Shown here: one piece after another, positions 23,851 through 34,400 of the stretch
Position numbering within the stretch: position 1 is the first letter of the stretch
How the letters are laid out: every line of letters starts with the position of its first letter
Source: an uncultured delta proteobacterium
GTDB lineage: Bacteria; Desulfobacterota; Binatia; UBA9968
Assembly (NCBI GenBank): GCA_963727625.1
Contig: CAVSHR010000002.1
Coordinates: 544,001 to 608,000, forward strand
Reading direction: 5' to 3'
Length of the DNA stretch: 64,000 bases
The notes under the pieces: model-generated
Told to the model about the DNA's origin: nothing
Database searches by the model: none
The model's input: the letters and a program-made list of their open reading frames with translations, nothing else
Program-made: the position numbers and the translations under genes

Positions 23851-25278
23851 ATGCCGGATAAATTTCACGAAGAGTGTGCGGTGATGGGCATCTTCGGCCA
23901 CCCCGAGGCGGCCAACATGGTTTACCTCGGGCTCTATGCGCTGCAGCACCGCGGCCAAGAATCCTGCGGCATTGTCTCTTCCGACGGCAAAGGTCTCATA
24001 TCCCATCGCCAGATGGGGTTGGTCGCCGACGCGTTCAAGGAAGACGTCATCAAGCGGCTCGAGGGCGCCAGCGCCATCGGCCACAACCGATATTCCACTC
24101 AGGGACAAAGTCACCTCAAAAATGCTCAGCCCTTCGTGGTCGAATATTCCCAAGGACCGATCGCGATTTCGCACAATGGCAACCTGGTCAACGGCACGTT
24201 GCTGCGCGAAGAGCTGGAACGCTCCGGTTCGATCTTTCAATCGACCACCGATACCGAAGTGATCATTCACCTGATTGCGACGTCGAAAGAATCGACGCTC
24301 ATGGGTCGGATCGTCGAGGCCTTGAGCCGGGCACGCGGCGCCTACTCGCTGTTGTTTCTCACTCTGGACAAGCTGATCGCGGCGCGCGATCCCTACGGTT
24401 TTCGTCCCCTGGTGCTGGGCAAGTTCGCCGCAGGAAAAAATCGCGGCGCCTACGTTTTCGCTTCCGAGACCTGCGCCTTGGACTTGATCGAGGCGGAATA
24501 CATTCGCGACGTCGAGCCCGGCGAAATCATTACCATCGGCCCAGACCAACAGCTGGAATCGCTCAAACCGTTTCCGCCGGCGCCGCACGCCAAGTGCATT
24601 TTTGAATACATTTATTTCGCCCGTCCCGACAGCAAGCTATTCGGCCATAACGTTTATCAAGTGCGCAAGGAACTTGGCCGCCAGCTGGCGCGGGAAAATG
24701 GGGTGCCCGCGGATCTGGTGACGCCGGTGCCGGACTCGGGTGTGCCGGCGGCGATCGGTTACGCCGAGGAGTCGAAGCTTCCGCTCGAGTTCGGTCTGAT
24801 TCGCAATCACTACGTTGGGCGCACCTTTATCGAGCCGCAGCAGACCATTCGTAACTTCGGCGTAAAAATCAAGCTCAATGCCCAGCGCGATGTGCTGGAC
24901 GGTAAGCGCGTGGTGGTGGTCGATGACTCCATTGTGCGCGGTACCACCAGCCGCAAGATCATCCGCATGCTGCGCGATGCCGGCGCCAAGGAAGTGCACA
25001 TGCGGATCAGCTCGCCGGCGACCATCAGCCCCTGCTACTACGGCATCGATACGCCGACCCGCACCGAGCTGATCGCATCGTCGAATTCGGTCGAAGAAAT
25101 CCGCCGCTACATCGAGGCCGACACGCTAGCCTATTTGAGCAACGACGGCATGTATGCCTACTTTCACGGGAAGAAGGAGGGCTTCTGCGACGCCTGCTTC
25201 ACCGCCAAATACCCGGTGCATTTTGACGACGAAGGGCACACTAAACAACTGCACCTGTTCGATGCGGTGAACCGGTAA
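23851..25278 (+). CDS. purF: Amidophosphoribosyltransferase
   Basis: EECAVMG propeptide/Cys, QHRGQES, HNGNL, VVVDDSIVRGTT. Confidence 0.97.
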   Translation: MPDKFHEECAVMGIFGHPEAANMVYLGLYALQHRGQESCGIVSSDGKGLISHRQMGLVADAFKEDVIKRLEGASAIGHNRYSTQGQSHLKNAQPFVVEYSQGPIAISHNGNLVNGTLLREELERSGSIFQSTTDTEVIIHLIATSKESTLMGRIVEALSRARGAYSLLFLTLDKLIAARDPYGFRPLVLGKFAAGKNRGAYVFASETCALDLIEAEYIRDVEPGEIITIGPDQQLESLKPFPPAPHAKCIFEYIYFARPDSKLFGHNVYQVRKELGRQLARENGVPADLVTPVPDSGVPAAIGYAEESKLPLEFGLIRNHYVGRTFIEPQQTIRNFGVKIKLNAQRDVLDGKRVVVVDDSIVRGTTSRKIIRMLRDAGAKEVHMRISSPATISPCYYGIDTPTRTELIASSNSVEEIRRYIEADTLAYLSNDGMYAYFHGKKEGFCDACFTAKYPVHFDDEGHTKQLHLFDAVNR

Positions 25279-25494
25279 CGCGCGGCTGTCCAGAAACACT
25301 CTCCAGACAATACGTAGCTCCATTACGCTTGTCACAAACCTCCCGAATCCAGTAGACTGCAAACAATTTCCAATGGCAGTGTTTGCGATAGTCGGATCCT
25401 GCTCCTTACATCGGTAAAATTCTTTGACCCTTGCGTGCTAAAAGCATGGGTGAATTGCGCGTTCAATTTTGGAAAGAGGAATTAGTTTTCAACG

Positions 25495-27144
25495 ATGCTC
25501 GCCAGTGAAATTCGCAGCCAAATCGATCAAATCTGGAACGCCTTCTGGTCCGGCGGGATTTCCAACCCGCTGGAAGTCATCGAGCAGATCACTTATCTGC
25601 TTTTCATCAAGCGGCTCGACGAGCTGCAGACGCTCGAAGAGTTGAAAGCCACGCGTCTAAAAGCGCCCATCGAGCGGCGGTTATTTCCCGAAGGCGATGA
25701 TAACCATCCTCTTTCGCCGCGTCCCTATGCCGACTATCGCTGGTCGCGCTTCAAGCACTTCGCGCCTGCCGATATGTACGAAGTGATTGGCGAGCATGTG
25801 TTTCCGTTCCTTCGAACATTGGGCGGCGACGAGTCTACTTACGCGCATCACATGAAAGACGCGCGTTTCACGATCCCTACGGCCGGCCTGCTCGCAAAGG
25901 TTGTCGATATGATCGACCAGGTGCCGATGGAGGAGCGCGACACCAAGGGCGACCTTTACGAATACATGCTCGCCAAGATCGCGACTGCTGGCCAGAACGG
26001 CCAGTTCCGCACGCCGCGTCACATCATCCGGTTGATGGTAGAAATGGTCGCGCCGAAACCGGGCGACGTGCTGTGCGATCCGGCCTGCGGCACGGCCGGG
26101 TTTCTCGTCGCCGCGGGCGAGTATCTGCGCGAGCAACATCCGGAGATTTTTCGCGACGCCAAGCTCTCGCGTCACTTCCATCAGGAGTTTTTCCACGGCT
26201 TCGACTTCGACAATACGATGCTGCGCATCGGCAGCATGAACATGCTGCTGCACGGCGTGGAAAATCCCGATATCCACTACCGCGATTCGCTCGCGCAGGA
26301 TCACGCGGGCGAGGAAGAGAAATACACGCTGGTCCTCGCCAATCCGCCGTTTGCGGGATCGCTCGATTACGAGAACACCGCCAAGGATCTCCAGCAAATC
26401 GTCAAGACGAAGAAGACCGAGTTGCTTTTCCTCGCGCTCTTCCTGCGCCTCCTCAAGCCCGGCGGACGCGCCGCCGTCATCTCGCTGCCCGGCGGCGTGT
26501 TCAAACCCTACGCCGGCGTTTCCACGGCGATTCTTCTTTTCACCAAGACCAACTCCGGCGGCACGGACAACGTGTGGTTCTACGACGTGGACGCCGACGG
26601 CCTCTCGCTCGACGACAAACGAACGCCGTTATTGCCCGAAGAAAAGCTCGGCCCCACGCCTCGCGCGAGCCTGGACCCCGGCGTTCGCCGGGGTGACGAA
26701 GATGGTCAGAGCGAGCTCCGTCATGCCGGTGAAAACCGGCATCCAGTTCTCACGTCCGAAGAACACGCAAAAAATAATCTCCCCGACATCCTCGCGCGCT
26801 GGCGCACGTTGCATCCTCTCACCAACTCCAACGGAAGAAGACCGTCTTCAGACTCCCTCGCTCCGTCAAACAGGGAGAGGGCAGGGGTGAGGGGCGAATC
26901 TGTCGCCGCCGAAGACGCCGCCAACTACGGCGGAGAATACGCCCGCAAACGCACCGAGCAATCCTTCCTCGTCCCCAAAGCCGACATCGCCGCGCAGGGC
27001 TACGATTTCTCGATTAACCGCTACAAGGAAGTCATCCACGAAGAAGTTGCGCATCGCCCACCGGGCGAGATTCTTGCGAGTCTCGACAAGCTGGAAGCGG
27101 AGATTCAGCAAGGAATGAAGGACCTGGAGGGGATGCTGCGGTGA
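25495..27144 (+). CDS. hsdM: Type I RM methyltransferase HsdM (apparent internal deletion and repeat insertions)
   Basis: WNAFWSGGISNPL, GQFRTPRH, DPACGTAGFL, LANPPFAG. Confidence 0.93.
   Translation: MLASEIRSQIDQIWNAFWSGGISNPLEVIEQITYLLFIKRLDELQTLEELKATRLKAPIERRLFPEGDDNHPLSPRPYADYRWSRFKHFAPADMYEVIGEHVFPFLRTLGGDESTYAHHMKDARFTIPTAGLLAKVVDMIDQVPMEERDTKGDLYEYMLAKIATAGQNGQFRTPRHIIRLMVEMVAPKPGDVLCDPACGTAGFLVAAGEYLREQHPEIFRDAKLSRHFHQEFFHGFDFDNTMLRIGSMNMLLHGVENPDIHYRDSLAQDHAGEEEKYTLVLANPPFAGSLDYENTAKDLQQIVKTKKTELLFLALFLRLLKPGGRAAVISLPGGVFKPYAGVSTAILLFTKTNSGGTDNVWFYDVDADGLSLDDKRTPLLPEEKLGPTPRASLDPGVRRGDEDGQSELRHAGENRHPVLTSEEHAKNNLPDILARWRTLHPLTNSNGRRPSSDSLAPSNRERAGVRGESVAAEDAANYGGEYARKRTEQSFLVPKADIAAQGYDFSINRYKEVIHEEVAHRPPGEILASLDKLEAEIQQGMKDLEGMLR
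26671..26746. repeat. Inverted pair of palindromic REP/RPE-like elements within hsdM
   Basis: ctggaccccggcgttcgccggggtgacg (26671-26698) and cgtcatgccggtgaaaaccggcatccag (26719-26746) are inverted members of one family. Confidence 0.8.
26853..26894. repeat. GGGAGAGGG-CAGGGGTGAGGGG type palindromic repeat within hsdM
   Basis: ctccctcgctccgtcaaacagggagagggcaggggtgagggg. Confidence 0.7.
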
Positions 27145-28325
27145 AGGCCGAACGTCGTATGACGAATAGAGAGTGGGCGAAGGTTCGGTTGGATGAGTGC
27201 GCCGAAATTGTTGCTGGTGCGACGCCGAGTACATCAGTTGCAGCGTATTGGGATGGCGACGTTTGTTGGGCAACACCGAAAGATTTGAGCGAACTTGATG
27301 GCGCTCACATCTCGGATACGCCGCGCAAGCTAACACGCGCGGGATTGGACAGTTGTGCTGCCACGATTCTTCCCGCGGGCTCTGTTCTATTCAGTTCACG
27401 TGCGCCCATCGGACACGTCGCAGTGAACACTGTACCGATGGCGACAAACCAAGGCTTCAAGAGTTTCGTTCCAAAGCCAGAGCGATTAAGCGCGAAATTT
27501 CTTTATTGGTGGCTTCGGACCAATCGCAGTTATCTCGAAAGCCTTGGCAATGGTGCGACATTTAAAGAAGTTTCCAAGGCGGTTGTATCGCGTATCCAAA
27601 TCCCCCTTCCGTCTCTCTCCGACCAGCGGCGGATTGCGGAGGTGCTGGACCGGGCGGAGGCGTTGCGGGCTAAGCGCCGCGCCGCGCTCGCCCAACTCGA
27701 CTCCCTCACCCAATCCATCTTCCTCGATCTCTTTGGTAATCCTGCAATGAAACGGACGAAGTGGAAAGAAAGTGCTGTAGGCGACGTTACAGATTGTATC
27801 GTTCCGGGACGCGACAAGCCCAAATCTTTCTCGGGAAAAATCCCTTGGATAACAACAGATGATCTCCGTCACCTCGAACTCACACACGACTCGCCTAAAG
27901 GCTTAGGTCTTAATTCTGCGGAGATAGGCAAAGTCAGAGCCAGGATTATTCCAAAGGGGAGCGTAATTATTAGTTGTGTTGGTGATCTCGGAATAATTTC
28001 TATTGCAGGCAAGGATATAGTCATTAACCAACAGCTTCACTCCTTTCAATGCCACGAGAACTTAAACAATGTTTTCTTGATGCACTGCTTGGCCTTCCAG
28101 AGAGCCTTTATGTATGCAAAAGCGTCATCAACGACTCTTCCATATATGAATAAGTCAGTTTGCAATAGTATCCCTATCTTTGTTCCCCCCATCGGCTTGC
28201 AGCGCGAATTCGCCCGTCGAGTTCAGGCGGTGGAGAAGCTGAAGGCGGCGCAGCGCGCGTCGCTGGCGGAGTTGAACGCGCTCTTCGCCTCGCTCCAGCA
28301 CCGCGCGTTTCGCGGGGAATTATGA
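27141..28325 (+). CDS. hsdS: Type I RM specificity subunit HsdS
   Basis: VLFSSRAPIGHVA, TNQGFKS, GATFKEVSK, IPLPSLSDQRRIAEVLD, PPIGLQREFA; two TRDs with lower GC. Confidence 0.95.
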   Translation: MKAERRMTNREWAKVRLDECAEIVAGATPSTSVAAYWDGDVCWATPKDLSELDGAHISDTPRKLTRAGLDSCAATILPAGSVLFSSRAPIGHVAVNTVPMATNQGFKSFVPKPERLSAKFLYWWLRTNRSYLESLGNGATFKEVSKAVVSRIQIPLPSLSDQRRIAEVLDRAEALRAKRRAALAQLDSLTQSIFLDLFGNPAMKRTKWKESAVGDVTDCIVPGRDKPKSFSGKIPWITTDDLRHLELTHDSPKGLGLNSAEIGKVRARIIPKGSVIISCVGDLGIISIAGKDIVINQQLHSFQCHENLNNVFLMHCLAFQRAFMYAKASSTTLPYMNKSVCNSIPIFVPPIGLQREFARRVQAVEKLKAAQRASLAELNALFASLQHRAFRGEL

Positions 28326-28795
28326 AACTATCTCTCCATCAACTTGCGTTCGACGGCGCGCTGCTGGCGCGTGGATTCTGGCTCTACGTCTGGGAGATCA
28401 CCACGAAGGACGGCGGCAAGGTTCATTACGTGGGCCGCACGGGCGACAGTTCATCGCTCAACGCGCAGTCTCCCTTTGCCCGGCTAAGCCAGCACCTTGG
28501 CAGGAACGAGAAATCTAATGCGCTTCGGCGGAATCTGGAAAATTACAAGTTGGTTGCCGAGGAATGTCAGGCGTTCCAGCTCTTCGCCTGTGGCCCGATT
28601 CTTCCGGAGAGTCAGAGCACGTTGGAGCACAGGCGCTCGCGTGACATTGTCGCGGCGCTGGAGAAAGCGCTGGCCGATGCGATGCACGCGGCAGAATATG
28701 TCATGCTGAATGAGGTGGCGTGCCGCAAGCCGGTTGACCCGGAACTATGGCGCGCAGTAGTAGCCGTCTTCAGGGAGCATTTTCCGCAGCTCTAG
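28322..28795 (+). CDS. Hypothetical protein with GIY-YIG-like nuclease motif
   Basis: GFWLYVWEI...HYVGRTGD...FARLSQHL...LEK; overlaps the hsdS stop (ATGA). Confidence 0.6.
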   Translation: MKLSLHQLAFDGALLARGFWLYVWEITTKDGGKVHYVGRTGDSSSLNAQSPFARLSQHLGRNEKSNALRRNLENYKLVAEECQAFQLFACGPILPESQSTLEHRRSRDIVAALEKALADAMHAAEYVMLNEVACRKPVDPELWRAVVAVFREHFPQL

Positions 28796-28818
28796 CACCG
28801 CGCCTTCAGCGGATAATT

Positions 28819-29793
28819 ATGAGAAAAGTCTTCTTCGACGAATCTGGTAACACGGGCCAGAATCTGATCGACGAGGCTGATCCAATCTTCGTTCTCGCGT
28901 CCTGCTCATTCCAGGTAGAAGAGGAAGTTCTTTCACACTTTCAACAATTCAAAGGACCGGAGCTTAAATTCTCCCGCTTGAGGAAGACAGCCGTAGGACA
29001 AAAGGCGGTGCTTGCTTTCCTCTCTTCGGAGCAGGTTACCTCGAAAACCGCCGCCGCATTCGTAACCCATAAACCATTCATGGTGGTGACCAAATATTGC
29101 GACTTGGTGCTGGAACCATCGTTTCGCAACGCCGGAGTGGATTTTTATAAACGCGGCGCGAACATCGCCACGGCGAACCTGCTTACCACGACCATGCCGG
29201 TGTTCTTGAATCCGACGACATGGTCGAACTTTCTTTCCTTGTTTGTCCGCGTAGTGCGCGAGCGCACGCCGAGTTTATTCGATGACTGGCGCAGATCGGC
29301 AGAGTTGATTTTTTCACATCTGGAGCACACGCACAGAAAAGCGGCCGATTTCTTTGCTCCTGTATTCCTTATGCGCGATTGCAGCGAGTTATTTAAAACG
29401 CTCGGTGACGACGAGCTTGATCCTCTCGTTCCTGCGTATTATGTCGTAGTGGACCACTGGGGAACGTCCGTTGGCGACATTTACGAGGTAATTGCGGACG
29501 AATCGAAAGCATTGGCAAAGGCGCGTGGTCTTTTGCTTGCCCTGTCCGATCCAAAATTGAATCCGGTCACTGTCGGATACGACCGTCGCAAGACGGAGTT
29601 TCCGCTGAAGGTTTCAGATATCGTTCCGGTTGACTCAACCCTCCACCGTCAGGTTCAGTTTGCGGACATACTCTGTGGCGCAATCGCGAGCGCAGCAAAA
29701 GCCAAAATAAAGGGCGCGTTGCGCTCCGGCACGTTTGCCCACGATGTCTTGGAGTTGTGCATCTCTAAAGAACTCATTATCGGTGGGCTCTGA
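28819..29793 (+). CDS. DUF3800 domain protein (possibly truncated by a premature TGA)
   Basis: VFFDESGNTG, PELKFSRL, IADE, VQFADILCG acidic motifs typical of DUF3800. Confidence 0.8.
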   Translation: MRKVFFDESGNTGQNLIDEADPIFVLASCSFQVEEEVLSHFQQFKGPELKFSRLRKTAVGQKAVLAFLSSEQVTSKTAAAFVTHKPFMVVTKYCDLVLEPSFRNAGVDFYKRGANIATANLLTTTMPVFLNPTTWSNFLSLFVRVVRERTPSLFDDWRRSAELIFSHLEHTHRKAADFFAPVFLMRDCSELFKTLGDDELDPLVPAYYVVVDHWGTSVGDIYEVIADESKALAKARGLLLALSDPKLNPVTVGYDRRKTEFPLKVSDIVPVDSTLHRQVQFADILCGAIASAAKAKIKGALRSGTFAHDVLELCISKELIIGGL

Positions 29794-29973
29794 CCGAGTC
29801 ACGACGTAGATCCGAAGGATCTAGAAACCGATATCGTTCCCGGTCCAGACGAAGTCAACTTGGCAGAATACACCGCGACGATTTTGAAAAGCGACCGTTC
29901 AACAAAGAATAACTCCCAATGAGAAGTTTCCTTTCCCAGAAATTGAACAGTAAACCTTAGAACCGGGACAACT

Positions 29974-30007
29974 TTTGTAAGAAAAAGCGGGTAGTTTTTC
30001 TTACAAA
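29974..30007. terminator. 13-bp perfect inverted repeat (terminator or operator)
   Basis: tttgtaagaaaaa-gcgggtag-tttttcttacaaa. Confidence 0.5.
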
Positions 30008-30165
30008 CCACGGAGCCATAAGATTGTGCAAACCATTGATAGTAAATCGAAAGGCTCGCTTCTGGCCGCCGGAGGGGTTAGGTCTTTAATTTTGTGATCT
30101 TGCTTAGGGGTAACGCTGAAGGCGACGCGACTGGTTCGCTGTAAAACTCATAGCGGCACTGGAAA

Positions 30166-30255
30166 CCTTAATATGGAAGAAGGTGGCTTCCATATGTCAC
30201 GCTGCCTATAATATGGAGTTGATTCCGATCCATATTGCACGCAAACTATAATATG
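30166..30255 (+). promoter_or_regulatory. 40-bp tandem palindromic operator-like repeats upstream of fic
   Basis: AATATG at 30170, 30210 and 30250; TAATATGGA-N11-TCCATAT-NN-CACGC occurs twice. Confidence 0.65.
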
Positions 30256-31437
30256 ACCGAACCTGCTGTTGAATCATCTGCTCGTGCCGGTCGTTACCAA
30301 GCGCAACCCTCGGGTTATCGGGCGTTTGTCCCGGCACCATTGCCGCCGGACCCGGCAGTGGAACTGTCCGGGGACCTGCAAGCCCTTCTATCCGAGGCTG
30401 ACCGTGCCCTGGGTCGTCTTGACGGATCGGTATTGACGCTGCCCAACCCGGATCTATTCGTGTTCATGTATGTGCGCAAGGAAGCCGTGCTCTCCAGCCA
30501 GATCGAGGGGACACAGAGTTCCTTGCAAGATCTTCTGGCGGCAGAGGCCAATTTATTCGAAGCCGATTCCCGACCCCGCGATGTCGACGAAGTGATCAAC
30601 TATGTGAGCGCGATGAATCACGGCTTGGCGCGACTGTCAGAGCTGCCTGTTTCGGTACGATTGATTCGAGAGATTCACGAAAAGCTCATGCAGGGAGTGC
30701 GTGGCAGCCGGTTGACCCCGGGAGAACTACGCCGAAGCCAGAACTGGATCGGTCCGGGTGGGTGCACGTTGAATGAGGCTTCATTCGTGCCGCCGCCCCA
30801 TGATAAAGTTCCCGAGATACTTGGCGACCTCGAACATTTTCTGCATCGCAAAGACGATCTTCCTTTGCTCATCAAAATCGGATTGGCTCACGCACAGTTC
30901 GAGACGATCCACCCCTTTCTCGACGGCAACGGCCGGATCGGCCGGTTGTTGATCACGTTCTTGCTAACCGAACGCGGCGCGTTGCACAAACCGGTGCTTT
31001 ATCTTTCGCACTATCTTAAACGCCATCGACAGGCCTACTACGACCACCTGCAGGCGATTCGCGACAAGGGTGATTGGGAAGCATGGCTCGCATTTTTCCT
31101 TCGCGGAGTTATTGAAGTCAGCGGCGAAGCCGCTGAAACTGCGCACCGTATCTTACTGATGCGTGAAGGCCACCGTGCGGCTATCACCGAGAAATTGGGG
31201 CGGGCCGCCGGAAACGGCCATAAAGTTCTCGAATCGCTGTTTGATCGGCCGATCGTATCGGTAGGCGAAGTCCAGCAGAAAATCGGCGCAGGCTATGCCA
31301 CAGCGAATAGCCTGGTTGGGCGTCTAGTCGAGTTACGCATCCTCGCCGAGATGACTGGCTATGTCCGCAATCGCCGCTTTCGCTACGAGCCCTACGTGAA
31401 ACTTTTTACGGACGACCCGCCGAGTGACTCTCCGTGA
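30253..31437 (+). CDS. Fic family protein (N-terminal Fic_N, C-terminal HTH)
   Basis: EAVLSSQIEGT, canonical HPFLDGNGRIGR Fic motif. Confidence 0.93.
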   Translation: MTEPAVESSARAGRYQAQPSGYRAFVPAPLPPDPAVELSGDLQALLSEADRALGRLDGSVLTLPNPDLFVFMYVRKEAVLSSQIEGTQSSLQDLLAAEANLFEADSRPRDVDEVINYVSAMNHGLARLSELPVSVRLIREIHEKLMQGVRGSRLTPGELRRSQNWIGPGGCTLNEASFVPPPHDKVPEILGDLEHFLHRKDDLPLLIKIGLAHAQFETIHPFLDGNGRIGRLLITFLLTERGALHKPVLYLSHYLKRHRQAYYDHLQAIRDKGDWEAWLAFFLRGVIEVSGEAAETAHRILLMREGHRAAITEKLGRAAGNGHKVLESLFDRPIVSVGEVQQKIGAGYATANSLVGRLVELRILAEMTGYVRNRRFRYEPYVKLFTDDPPSDSP

Positions 31438-34400
31438 GCTTGTTTGTCTTCCTTCAAAGTGAATGGCCCGAGTTGTTCGAGCCGGCGGCGAAGGCGGAGT
31501 CGCTCGTCTATCCCGACTCGCGGAGCTCGTGCTTTCATGCCCGTCGGGCGTTGGAACTGGCGGTTCATTGGCTCTATAAACACGACTCGACGCTAAAACT
31601 TCCCTATCAAGATCACCTGAGCGCGCTGGTTCACGAGCCGACTTTCCGACGCGCCGTCGGCCCGGCCATATTTGCCAAAATCAAAGTTGTTAAAGACCTC
31701 GGAAATCTTGCTGTTCATAGCCACAAGCCGGTGCGCCAGCTCGACGCGTTAACGGCGACGAAGGAGCTTTTCCATTTCATGTTCTGGCTGGCGCGCACCT
31801 ATGCGCGTGGAGCGAAGCCGGCGGACAATCTTTCATTCAATCCAGATTTGCTTCCGAAGAGCAGCGGTGTCTCGCCGCAGACCCTGGAACAACTGCAGAA
31901 GTTGGAGAGCCAGCTTCGCGAGCGCGATGAAAAACTCTCCGAATTGTTGTCGGGCAAGAAAGCGCTTGATGACGAATTGGAGCGGCTGCGCCTCGAAGTT
32001 GCCGACGCAAAGCGGCAGAATGCCGTGCGGCCCGACGATCACAACTATTCGGAAGCCGAGACGCGCGACTACTTCATCGACTTGTTGCTGAAAGAAGCGG
32101 GATGGGCGCTCACGAATCCGCAGGACCGGGAGTTTCCCGTTACCGGTATGCCCAACAACGCTGACGAAGGCTTTGTCGATTATGTGCTGTGGGGCGACGA
32201 CGGCAAACCGCTCGGGCTGGTCGAGGCAAAGCGGACGAAGCGCGATTCGCGAGTCGGGCAACAGCAGGCGAAGTTGTATGCCGACTGTCTGGAGAAGCCG
32301 TTTGGCCAGCGGCCGGTCATCTTTTATTCCAATGGTTACGACCACTGGATGTGGGACGACGCTAGCTACCCGCCGCGGCCGGTGCAGGGTTTTTACAAAA
32401 AGCCGGAGCTGGAACTGCTCATTCAACGGCGCACAGCTCGCAAGACATTGGCCGATGCCAAAATCGATGAGTCCATTGTCGAACGCTATTATCAATCACG
32501 GTCGATCCGGCGAGTGGGTGAAGCATTTGAGCGGGATTTGGACCGCAAGGCGCTGCTGACCATGGCGACGGGCGCGGGAAAAACCCGGACGGTGATCGCA
32601 CTCTGCGAGCTGCTCATGCGCTGCAATTGGGCGAAGCGAGTGCTGTTTCTCGCCGACCGGGTGGCGCTGGTCCGGCAGGCCGTAAACGCTTTCAAGAAAT
32701 TTCTTCCCGACACATCGCCCGTCAATCTCGTCACCGAAAAGGATGCCGAAGGCCGGGTATACGTTTCGACTTACCCGACCATGATGGGTTTGATCGAAGA
32801 GGCGGACGAGGGTCAACGCCGTTTCGGCGTGGGCCACTTCGATCTGGTGATCATCGACGAGGCGCACCGGTCCGTCTACCAAAAGTACGGCGCGATCTTC
32901 GAGTATTTCGATTCCCTGCTGGTTGGGCTCACCGCCACACCGAAGGACGAAGTCGATCGAAACACTTATAGATTGTTTAACCTTGAAAACGGTGTGCCAA
33001 CCGACAACTACACACTCGATGAGGCGGTGCGAGATGGATTCCTGGTGCCGCCGACGGCTGTTTCCGTGCCGTTACGATTCCAGCGCGAAGGGATTTCCTA
33101 CGACCAACTGTCCGAAGAAGAAAAAGAAGAGTGGGATGCGCTGGACTGGAGCGACGACGGCACGATACCGAATCGCGTGGAAGCTCAGGCGGTCAACCGC
33201 TGGCTTTTCAACAAAGACACCGTGGACAAGGTTCTGGAGCACTTGATGACCCGCGGTCTGAAAGTCGCCGGCGGAGATCGCTTGGGAAAGACCATCGTCT
33301 TCGCGAAAAATCACGATCACGCGCAGTTCATCGCCGAGCGCTTCAACATCAATTATCCGCACTACAGAGGCGAGTTTGCCCGCGTGATCGACTTCGAGAC
33401 CGAATATGTCCAGAGCCTGATCGATAACTTCTCCATTCCGGCCAAAGGTCCGCACATCGCCATCTCAGTAGACATGCTCGACACCGGCATCGACATCCCG
33501 GAAGTCGTCAATCTGGTTTTCTTCAAGCTCGTGCGCTCGAAGACCAAGTTCTGGCAGATGCTCGGACGAGGCACGCGGCTCTGCCTCGACTTGTTCGGGC
33601 CTGGCAAGGACAAAGAACTGTTCTACGTTTTTGATTACTGCCAGAACCTTGAGTTCTTCAGTCAAGAGCTGCCGGCCACGGAAGGCAATCTGGGTGATTC
33701 GCTTGCCAAGCGTCTGTTCAACGCGCGCTTCGAGCTGATCGGCGAATTGGACAAGAAAGTTGCGGTCGAGCGGGCGCAGGATGGCGGCGGACACAGCGGC
33801 GAGGCTGCGGCCGCTTTCGGATCGGGATCGAGCGATGACGAGGTGAGGCGAGCGACGGCGGAAATGCTGCGCATCGAAGTGGCGGCGATGAATGTAAATA
33901 ACTTTGTCGTCCGGCCAAAGCGACGCTTTGTTGAAAAGTACGCATCGACGGAGGCCTGGAGTCAATTAGACGGCGTTGCTTACACCGAGCTCGCTCACGA
34001 AGTGGCAGGACTGCCGACGGAACTCGATCCGGAAGACGAAGAAGCGAAGCGTTTCGATTTGCTGATGTTGAATTTACAGCTTGCGGTCTTACGCCACGAA
34101 CCTTCCTTCGCGCGCCTACGAGACCAGGTAAAGGGCATCGCGGGTCTGCTCCAAGACAAGGCCAGCATACCGATGATCCAGGCCGAGCTGCCGCTGATCT
34201 TGGACCTGCAGACCGATGAATGGTGGCAAGAAGTTACCGTGCCGACCTTGGAAGGTGTACGAAGACGCCTGCGCTCGTTGGTCAAGCTGATCGATAAAAA
34301 ACAGCGCCAGCCGATTTACACCGACTTCGAAGACTTAATGGGCAGCGAAAGAGAAATTACTTTGCCGGGATTCACGCTGCCAAGTGATTTCGAGCGGTTT

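Noticed and set aside
29791-29793. TGA as selenocysteine or genetic-code reassignment
   Set aside because: TGA is a normal stop in many genes here, the context is not a redox motif, and no SECIS-like hairpin was evident; a nonsense change is simpler.
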